In this document: positions 8,801 to 15,589 of the stretch, piece after piece
How the letters are laid out: every line of letters starts with the position of its first letter
Position numbering within the stretch: position 1 is the first letter of the stretch
NCBI GenBank assembly: GCA_024626585.2
Contig: JANKJI020000002.1
Location: 211,850,000 to 211,865,588 of the forward strand
Source of the DNA: Ginkgo biloba
Taxonomy: Eukaryota > Plantae > Ginkgophyta
Direction of reading: 5' to 3'
DNA length: 15,589 nucleotides
Translations under genes and position numbers: made by a program
The notes under the pieces: generated by a model
Seen by the model: only the letters and a program-made list of their open reading frames with translations
What the model was told of the DNA's origin: nothing
The model's database searches: none

Positions 8801-11800
8801 AATAATCTAAGGAAGAAGAAGAACATGTTTTCTTAACAAATGCACGTGGCATTGTTGTACTAATCTTCTAGTAGATAGGAAAGAATGTGAAAAGTTGTTT
8901 CACACAAGGATTAGAGTAAGAAGCAAAATGCTACATGTAATTTATGTCACTAGTATCTGAAAAAACACAATGTTGAAATCTACCATACTAGAGTTATTAT
9001 TACCTATTCATTCCCATCCCAAGCCATACAACATAATGTGGATGGATGTGAGATGACAACAACCATTGACTAAGCAATGTGCTTTCACTTTTACCATTTC
9101 ACCGATTAAGGACAAGGATGTTTGTGATGTTAGGACCCTCGAGGCATGTGACGTCATATTTGGTAACCCATATATGTGGGGACCAATATTCATAGTACTT
9201 AGCAAGTGTTGACATCCGTTTGAACAGTTACATAAGTATGGCAGATCAGGCATTGATCGTTCATCTATCAACATTGCTCGTTCGTCTATCGGCACTGCTC
9301 ATTCATCTATCGGCACTGCTAGTTCATCTAACGAGCAATGGTCGTTCGTCTAACGAACAATGGTCAAAGTTAACTATTGTTTGTTAAAGGTTGAGCGACT
9401 GTGTAAATTTAGTAAACCAAGGGTTAAGCAAACAATATAGAACAGATTAGTTAGCAATTGAGACGCACCCCTTCATTTAAAAGAGGCGTCATCCTATGTT
9501 GTAACCATTGAACATCTTTATATGTTGTAAGCCGATTGGCAGAACATCAATCAATGAATCCATCCATCAATCAATCAATGAACAGTAATACAATTCTCTC
9601 ATTTCTATGTGCAAGCATGTATGTTTCAACAATTAATTACTTATGTTCGCTTCTTTACGANNNNNNNNNNNNNNNNNNNNNNNNNNNNNNNNNNNNNNNN
9701 NNNNNNNNNNNNNNNNNNNNNNNNNNNNNNNNNNNNNNNNNNNNNNNNNNNNNNNNNNNNTGGGTTGTAAGACCAGACTGTTACAAATAGTTTACTAAAA
9801 TGCACTTTCTTAGCTAAATTTCAACAAAGAAGTTACAAATGAAGTTTCCAATTTCTATTTGGTACAAAGTTAATGGGCTCTGTCATATATGCTCAAAACC
9901 AAGTTGCTTCTGCACTTTTAGGGTGAAAAATATTTCAAATGCAACAGCTTATTCCACAGAAAACAAGACTTGGAATTCTTACCTGGAAAAGAGAGAAGAC
10001 CATCTTGCTGGTGTATCCAAAATCAGACACAGTTTGGATAGTAGCAACAGCAGTCTTAAGGGGAAGACCATCAGGACAGGGCCATAATGCAAGGATCATT
10101 CAATGCTGAAGTAACAAACTATCATTAAATGCAAGTTACTGTGAAGAAACTGGANNNNNNNNNNNNNNNNNNNNNNNNNNNNNNNNNNNNNNNNNNNNNN
10201 NNNNNNNNNNNNNNNNNNNNNNNNNNNGAAAAGATGGATATATTTTTCCCATACTTGAAAACCTTGCCAACCGACACAATATTTTAGATTGCCACTAGCA
10301 GGTTGCATTAACACTGAAAATAATTCTCTACGGAACCAAAATGGGATTGGCCTCCAATGTCTTAAATACCTTATTCCCAATAGCTGGGTACTCCATGCAG
10401 GTGCAGGCAATCTTGGAGAGTTTTAATAATTAGGCAGCTGAATGGGGAATAAACACAAGACCAATGGAAACAAAAATTAAGGTGCCATTGCTAACCACAC
10501 AAGCACATGCAAAAGTAAAATGAATAGTAAGTGAAGCACCGATGTGGCCTTCAACAACTACAACTCAATTATTCAAATGACAGACGTGTAAGAAATTAAA
10601 CAGGCTAAATGTAGAACACTTGCAAGTTACAGCAATTATTTAGCTAAAGTTGCATAAGGTGACTGCAGGATCCTTCCCAGCTTGCCAATCCAGCTTCGAA
10701 GCAGAGCAAAATTTTGACATTTAGAAATAAATAATAATCTGTAGTGAAATTCTCAACTTTCTGTGCACTTTCCAGTGTTCAAAAGAATTGACTTGAAAGT
10801 TTCAGATATTGACATCTCCTCCTCTCCTCTAAGGAGGGCCTTCCCCTGTCTCAAACCGTAGAGCTAGGGCTTATTCCATTTGGAAAATAGAAATGGATGG
10901 CCATGTAAGCACTTCTAAAGCTCTTTTGGACCTCTTTTGGACCAGGCATGCATAGAGCTCCATCTCAGTCAGAACGAGGGAAGGCACTTGTAGCAGATAG
11001 CTTGAGTCATGCACAAGGTCAACACTAGACCATTCTCTTCTAACTTTCCCTTTCGGGTTCATTGAAGTGGCTGGTCTCAGAGGGGGAATGTATGGCCACT
11101 GTGGAAGTCTGGTTTGCAGTGGAGAGTACCTTTGAGGAGCTTTTCCAGAATGAAGATTCTAGATGGGGAAAGAGTGTATAGCATGGACTCTCAACAACTC
11201 TGATTCTGCTGGCTCTGTCACTTCTGCCTAAAAGAGATTTGATCCAGACCTATAGTTTAGAGGTTGGGGCGAAGAATAAGTTGGAATCAGTGGTCTCGTA
11301 TGCAAATAGAGAAAATGCAGTTCTTGCATTGGAACAAGGTTAAGTATTCATCTCCCTTCTTCTGTGGTGCGAATGGTATGCATGGAATGAGTCTCAACCC
11401 TGCAATCTCTGGCTGATCTCTCAGAGCAGCTAGGGTTAGAATTTTAATTCCTGGTTTGCGCAGCCCTGAANNNNNNNNNNNNNNNNNNNNNNNNNNNNNN
11501 NNNNNNNNNNNNNNNNNNNNNNNNNNNNNNNNNNNNNNNNNNNNNNNNNNNNNNNNNNNNNNNNNNNNNNNNNNNNNNNNNTTTCAATCTAGAAATATAC
11601 CTATGCCTTGCCCTTCAGCCTCTCTCATCTCCGGTGAGGAAGCAATACATGCAGCAGAACTAGAGTTCAATGTGTGTGGCGAGTCCCCCAAGGATAAGCC
11701 ACTTGTATCAGGTCTTTCACTCGACATAATGATCCAGGAAAAGTTTGGACTGCTCTCCATGGTCTGTTAATGTCATTCTGTGTGGCATGGGCCTAGGATG

Positions 11801-12591
11801 GTGCCAAGGTTGATGTTTGGGCAGAGAGGAATTCTCTGAGACACATTTTTTAGGTTGACCATTATATTTGAATCTGATGATGAACCATTGTTTTACAACC
11901 AAAAAAAAAAAGAATTTAAAAGGAAATAAAAGGCTAGAACTATCTAGTTTCTTGCATTTCCAGCCAAATGCTTTTGTACTAGTTTTATACAACATTCTTG
12001 TAATGAATTTGAACTAACCTGTTACAAATGCCTTCTGCAGTTGGCCACTTATACCAGTTTTCCAAGGCCTTATTGCAGACATACTGCGATTACGACAAAT
12101 ACAAATTATTATGCTTGAACTAACAAGAAGAAATGCCACCACTGGAGCTGCTATGTGGTATATCCATGAAATTGATCTCCTTTTTGGTGAAGAAGGTCTT
12201 GACTGCAGACTAGGTTGTGCACCTGAAAACCTAGAAGGGGGTGCAAGAAGATAAGGCAGTGGTGCAGGAACAGGCACAGGAGACACGGAAGAAGGTTTTG
12301 GAGATGGAACAGATAAAGGTGCAGGAGAACTTACAGGTGAGGATGAAGGTATTAAAGATGGTGAAAGAGAGGTAGCTGGTGAAGGTGACAATGGAGATGG
12401 AGAAGGTGATGATGGAGATGGAGAGGAATTTGCCATAGCAGGGGCTTCGCCACTGCTTCCGGGTTTAGAGGCTGCTGGTGCTTGACTCGTAAGCCTAGGT
12501 GGGACAAGAACATTATTCGAATCTGCCAGTACTCTAGCTCTTTTTGGGACTTCTCTCCATTCTCCTTGAAGCATATGCAGTCCTCTATAAC
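2637..12591 (-). CDS. MDIS2/MRH1-like: Receptor-like pseudokinase of the MALE DISCOVERER (MDIS1/MDIS2=MRH1) / At2g40270-type family; multi-exon, 5'-partial in this window
   Basis: Spliced translation gives an S/P-rich stalk, a TM helix, IRPWKTGISGQLQKAFVTG|VPKLNRVELEAACEEFSNIIG..., NHKNLVNLLGYCEEEEPFTRMMVFEYAPNGTLFEHLH, KEAEHLDWATRMRIIMGIAYCLQYMHH and terminal PKLSPLWWAELEILS, all hallmarks of this family. Introns 6635-12018, 6104-6443, 5730-5970 and 5481-5571 are GT..AG with consistent phases (1,0,1,0). Exact orthologue not determinable by eye. Confidence 0.92.
2902..3690 (-). mobile_element. Degenerate L1-clade LINE ORF2 3' remnant (zf-RVT region)
   Basis: Minus-strand motifs in the expected order, with frameshifts: LEPKKKVFF (~3200-3225), CDYCEQNKTLLHMVCHYGYVKKFW (3056-3127; CxxC..ET..HL..HC....FW type) and IWKHRCDISF (2902-2931; IWKxRN...F type). 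Upper boundary approximate. Confidence 0.65.
3699..4318 (+). mobile_element. LTR of an LTR retrotransposon (contains 100-N gap)
   Basis: Starts TGTAGGGATTT (3699-3709) and ends AAATCCTTGCA (4308-4318), a TG...CA pair with a 9/11 terminal inverted repeat. A PBS-like 18-mer follows 7 nt downstream. Confidence 0.55.
4326..4343 (+). promoter_or_regulatory. Primer-binding site complementary to the tRNA-Arg 3' end
   Basis: TTGCACGTCCGGTGGGAC matches TGGCACGCCCGGTGGGAC (reverse complement of the plant tRNA-Arg 3' end as I recall it) at 16/18 positions; tRNA-Arg PBSs are known from Tat/Ogre-type gypsy elements. Confidence 0.6.
4997..5053. repeat. Degenerate 7-bp tandem repeat (ACGYCTA-like)
   Basis: acgtctg acgccta atatcta atgttta ... 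acgccta acgtcta atgtcta, with an inverted partial copy (aggcgtca) at ~4977-4984. Confidence 0.6.
5400..5480 (-). CDS. MDIS2/MRH1-like: Start of the penultimate kinase exon (subdomain VII); 3' end unresolved or truncated
   Basis: Acceptor attatttcAG after a 91-nt intron. Reads LAGLGLWKEVIVNSEKMQSFNNKCIP then TAA at 5400-5402. A possible internal donor A|GTGAGA lies at 5441/5440. The expected NVYSFG...LEIISG segment is not found. Confidence 0.65.
   Translation of the reverse strand: MAGLGLWKEVIVNSEKMQSFNNKCIP
5572..5729 (-). CDS. MDIS2/MRH1-like: Exon: kinase subdomains VIa-VIb (HRD motif replaced)
   Basis: Acceptor ttatgtAG, donor AAG|GTATCT; 158 nt. Translates (N)KEAEHLDWATRMRIIMGIAYCLQYMHHELELPITYPSLHSNAVYLTDDYAAK. 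Confidence 0.95.
5971..6103 (-). CDS. MDIS2/MRH1-like: Exon: kinase subdomains III-V
   Basis: Acceptor gcaacAG, donor A|GTGAGT; 133 nt. Translates IEILSRMNHKNLVNLLGYCEEEEPFTRMMVFEYAPNGTLFEHLH. Confidence 0.95.
6444..6634 (-). CDS. MDIS2/MRH1-like: Exon: kinase subdomains I-III (degenerate Gly loop, no VAIK lysine)
   Basis: Acceptor ttctttgcacAG, donor AAG|GTATAA; 191 nt. Translates GVPKLNRVELEAACEEFSNIIGSSPDSMVFKGTLSSGVEIAVTSSTISSANDWSARSEYYFRQK. Not in the ORF track. Confidence 0.95.
7030..7136. repeat. Cluster of short GACAGTT/AACTGTC-like motifs in both orientations
   Basis: ggacagtt, cgacagtt, tgacagtt and aacagtc forward; aactatcc, aactgttc, aactgtg and gactatcc reverse, all within ~105 bp. 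Confidence 0.55.
7513..8353. other. Assembly gap (largest of 11)
   Basis: 841 N. Others: 3989-4088, 6178-6277, 9661-9760, 13102-13201 and 14374-14473 (each exactly 100 N, probably placeholders of unknown size), plus 8589-8627, 10155-10227, 11471-11581, 14112-14121 and 14735-14793. Confidence 0.99.
8354..9206 (+). mobile_element. Ty3/gypsy retrotransposon remnant: gag C-terminus, zinc knuckle and aspartic protease (pseudogenised)
   Basis: Gag-like VETLKKGYHYVLQMEEKMK (8426-8482); frameshifted knuckle WCDY/SSIHSNEEC (8699-8739); one frame 8895-9179 reads LFHTRIRVRSKMLHVIYVTSI*KNTM...LPIHSHPKPYNIMW...TKQCAFTFTI...KDKDVCDVRTLEACDVIFGNPYMW, typical of gypsy retropepsin. Stops at 8958 and 9054; catalytic Asp lost. 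Confidence 0.85.
9207..9660 (+). mobile_element. LTR-like element inserted just after the gypsy protease remnant (runs into the 100-N gap)
   Basis: Abrupt start TGTTG at 9207, internal tandem repeats, TATA-like TTTAAAA at ~9476, ATCA-type micro-repeats at ~9546-9580, and a CAACA at 9627-9631 (no matching TSD there). Confidence 0.55.
9249..9365. repeat. 21-22-bp tandem repeat, ~5.5 copies
   Basis: Units start at 9249, 9270, 9291, 9312, 9333 and 9355 (partial): ggcattgatcgttcatctatc / aacattgctcgttcgtctatc / ggcactgctcattcatctatc / ggcactgctagttcatctaac / gagcaatggtcgttcgtctaac / gaacaatggtc. Confidence 0.92.
10790..11911 (+). mobile_element. Candidate retroposed insertion (~1.1 kb) with poly(A) tail and 9-bp TSD, possibly LINE ORF1-derived
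   Basis: AAAAGAATT at 10781-10789 and 11908-11916; A11 run at 11901-11911. Interior is GC-richer (31/60 at 10921-10980, 30/60 at 11041-11100) than AT-rich intron stretches (13/60 at 13381-13440). Confidence 0.45.
12019..12591 (-). CDS. MDIS2/MRH1-like: Exon: Ser/Pro-rich extracellular stalk, transmembrane helix (12095-12163) and juxtamembrane region
   Basis: Acceptor ttcatctgtttctcAG (plus 'ct' 12592-12593); donor ACAG|GTTAGT (plus 'ac' 12017-12018); 573 nt, phase 1 to 1, open. Encodes YRGLHMLQ...SPSPSSPSPSP...IYHIAAPVVAFLLVSSSIIICIC RNR...KAFVTG. Confidence 0.92.
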
Positions 12592-15330
12592 CTGAGAAAC
12601 AGATGAAAATAAGTCACAATAAAGTAAAATAGTACAATAAAATGAATATGCATGGACTAAAATGACATTACAAATAGATGGTCAGTCTTAATCCATTATA
12701 TTTAGTACATCTTAGTTTTCTGCCCAAGTTTAAATAACCCAAGTATCTCCTATGTTAAAAGAATGCAACATTGGAATAAAGGTCCATGCATTGTCCCATA
12801 TGTTTCTTTTTCTAACTCCAGACTCCAGGGTTAGTCACCTACAATAAGCATCTAGACTGTCCCAGATGCAAAATAATTCTTTAAAAAATAGCCAAGATTA
12901 GTAACTTGTAATTGATCAGTTCATGATTGGAAATAGACCAGGTTGAGAGACATAGCATTCAACAATGAGGAAGGAAGGAATTCAGAAAGTAGACTGACTT
13001 CATTCTTGCACACATCTTTTTCAGTTGGGAGAATCAGATCATGAGAGAAGCTTTGATTGATGCCAAATAGTTGCTAAAAATCAGCTGGCATATGAGTCCA
13101 TNNNNNNNNNNNNNNNNNNNNNNNNNNNNNNNNNNNNNNNNNNNNNNNNNNNNNNNNNNNNNNNNNNNNNNNNNNNNNNNNNNNNNNNNNNNNNNNNNNN
13201 NATTTTATAGTTGTGAATGCCACCTAGAATCCTTCAGTTTTAATTCCAACTATACCACACTTTAATTTCATTTAAAAACAAAAGAGTACCATCAACGCTC
13301 CTTTTGTCGGAGTTATAATGAAGATGCCTTTTGCACTCCTTTTTGTAACAATTTACTTCCCTACTCAACAATAACAACATACGAGAATATAAATAAATAC
13401 ACTTAAAACCATGGTATTAACATAAGTAATTAACTATCATAATTTAAACCATCACTAATTATTTGTTTATGTTAATTCATAATCTGTAGGTAGTCAATAG
13501 GGCAGGATTGTTAGGAAGAAAAGGGGTTGTAATGTATGTTCCAACATTATTTGTTGGCCATTGGGACTGCCTATAGGGCTCTTTTATGCGGGCAGCCAAA
13601 CCTCTAACACATAAATGTCACTGTAAGCCCCTAGCAACTATTATCGATCAGCTATAGTCCACCCCTCAATCCTGCACTAGAGGAGGATGCTTGGTGTAGG
13701 CCAAACATGCTATTTGACATCATGAATAGTTTCTTAGTCAAGAGGATTACCCACCCCTTAATTGATAGTTATGGTTCTCGTCGAGTGGATACCAAGCTCT
13801 TCAGAAAAAGCTCGCATTTCAGTACTCAGAAACAGGAAGCAAAGTTTTCAAATCAATTGAATCTTGAAAATGAATTTTAAACTCTAGAACTTCAGCAAAT
13901 AGAATTTTAAAAGCTTTTGTCTTTCCCTAGATTTTAGTTGTAGGCCGTGGGAATGCAAATGTAACACATATTGTACCGAGAAATGAACTCTTATGTAAAT
14001 AGTACAAATTTCAAAAAAACACTGATTTGAACAATATTTAAAGACATTGCTTTAGACACAATACTGCTTTATCCCTTGAGCACATGCAACCTCCAATTGA
14101 CCCATGGATGGNNNNNNNNNNAAGACCAGAGTCTTATAAGCTGCCCTGATAATTCACAAGAGGATCACATCCCTCCTATCTCTTTGACTGCAGTCCAAAG
14201 AAACAATCTCCCCCACAAAGAGATACAACTTTGGAAGAGGAACTTCCCCTCACAAAGATGTAATTGCACGTATCAAGGTAAAGAAAATCAAGAGTATATG
14301 TGAAAGTATTTCAGCATTGTTCTGAAGTATACAGATCTACTATGAAAAGGTTGCATAACTACTACATTCAACTNNNNNNNNNNNNNNNNNNNNNNNNNNN
14401 NNNNNNNNNNNNNNNNNNNNNNNNNNNNNNNNNNNNNNNNNNNNNNNNNNNNNNNNNNNNNNNNNNNNNNNNNGAAACTAGATCCTCTAATCCTATAATT
14501 TCTAGGCTATATATAGGAAAAGTTTATGTGTTTCCAACAGTGGTAGCTTTAGAAGTCCCAAGTGACACCCTCGGGATATCCTAAATAGTGAATCCAAAGA
14601 CATCCTCCTTTTAATTAAACTCCTCATTATGTACTATCAGGGCATCTAGTATGAAACTAACCCTATACAATTAAAGTTAGTGGTAATGGAGAAATCACTA
14701 ATGAATAAACTAGTGACCTAAACTAATGAGTTATNNNNNNNNNNNNNNNNNNNNNNNNNNNNNNNNNNNNNNNNNNNNNNNNNNNNNNNNNNNGGATTCA
14801 TGAAGGTAATATTATCAATATTGATGTCAATAGAGAAGGAATAATAGATGAAGTGGTAATAGTTTTCAAAACTCTTACTAGATTAATTAATGGGATAGTA
14901 GTAAAAGGCCCTTATTTACATGCCATAGCTTACTAAAGTATAACCTCAACTAGATTTAATTGTGAAATTTGCATTTTTGAATTATGATAACCTGAACCTC
15001 AAATTTAATTCATGAACTTGAAGTTTAATTATGATTGATGAGCTACGAATGTTTTTCCATTGAAAAATTGGAATCGGACATAAAGAAATTGAACGTTTTA
15101 ATGGATGGATGCATAATTCTGCCCTCATCAATTGCATAAATGTCATAAAGTTTGCAATCCGTATGCTGAAAGTTTGAAACTGAAAAATGTGGTTCCTAAA
15201 ACTCAGATTCCAACCTCATACTTCTCATCTAAAATGAGAAGACCAAAATCCTCATCATTATGGTCAAATCAAGGATATCGCCCACTTCAATCTATCTCAC
15301 AGGCAGATGAACTAGTCATTACTGATTTGA

Positions 15331-15412
15331 GATGGAATGTCCTTGCATTAAAAAACTATTTAAAACTTGATGATGGAATGTCCTTACATTCAAATATCAT
15401 TTAGAACTTGAT
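15331..15412. repeat. 41-bp tandem duplication
   Basis: gatggaatgtccttgcattaaaaaactatttaaaacttgat (15331-15371) versus gatggaatgtccttacattcaaatatcatttagaacttgat (15372-15412); 35/41 identical. Confidence 0.85.
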
Positions 15413-15589
15413 GCTTGCGCAATTTTGAAGAGCTGAATTGCTAAGCAGCAAAGCAGAGCCATCTAATCCCATAACAAGTCCTGCATGTGATGGGATTCAT
15501 CTAATTACTATCATCCTCGATTTCCCTATGCCAAACTATCCCTTCATCATGTTACATCTCCCCAACTACTAATAGTGCCAATAGGGATG

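Noticed and set aside
9008-9295. Minus-strand 95-aa ORF with IDER repeats
   Set aside because: Produced by the 21-bp tandem repeat plus the antisense of the gypsy protease.
9249-9365. Possible CRISPR-like array
   Set aside because: Units are contiguous with no unique spacers; eukaryotic LTR context and no cas genes.
9207-9631. Complete solo LTR TGTTG...CAACA
   Set aside because: Flanks GCAAG and ATTAA do not form a TSD; the true end is probably in the gap.
11601-11761. Minus-strand MESSPNFSW...EGQGI ending at a GT, as a nested gene exon
   Set aside because: No recognisable domain, weak donor, continuation soon stops, and it lies inside the candidate insertion.
13490-13810. GC-richer segment ending GTGGATACCAAGCTCTTCAGAAAAA, SINE-like
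   Set aside because: No A/B boxes or TSD found; probably a repeat but not supportable.
14122-14360. Minus-strand GGGGGAGATTGTT resembling a copia PPT-LTR junction
   Set aside because: Short match flanked by gaps, with no coding or second-LTR support.
15132-15404. 90-aa plus-strand ORF
   Set aside because: Non-ATG start, includes the 41-bp duplication, no motif or splice support.

Overview
AT-rich, gappy (11 N-runs) land-plant nuclear DNA. The window holds the 3' part of one minus-strand, intron-containing gene for a transmembrane receptor-like pseudokinase of the MDIS1/MDIS2(MRH1)/At2g40270 family. Visible parts are a Ser/Pro-rich stalk, a TM helix, a juxtamembrane PWKTGISGQLQKAFVTGVPKL motif, a catalytically degenerate kinase domain and a C-terminal SPLWWAELEILS. 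Five exons (12019-12591, 6444-6634, 5971-6103, 5572-5729, 2637-2897) are intact, with GT-AG sites and matching phases. The penultimate kinase exon starts normally at 5480 but reaches a stop at 5400-5402, and its subdomain VIII-IX half is not found. The 5' exons are not visible in this window. Introns and flanks are expanded by retroelement remnants: a tRNA-derived SINE with a 13-bp TSD, one clear and one doubtful LINE zf-RVT remnant, an LTR with a tRNA-Arg PBS, a Ty3/gypsy gag-protease remnant cut by a second LTR, and a ~1.1-kb poly(A)-tailed insertion with a possible TSD. The most interesting leads are a (Y)15-AG|GTAAG site mid-way through the 5.4-kb intron (ratchet point or poison-exon donor), the broken kinase exon that can be skipped in frame, and a terminal-exon acceptor that appears LINE-derived. 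I found no evidence of a wholly new multi-gene system. All family assignments come from motif recognition by eye, not database searches.
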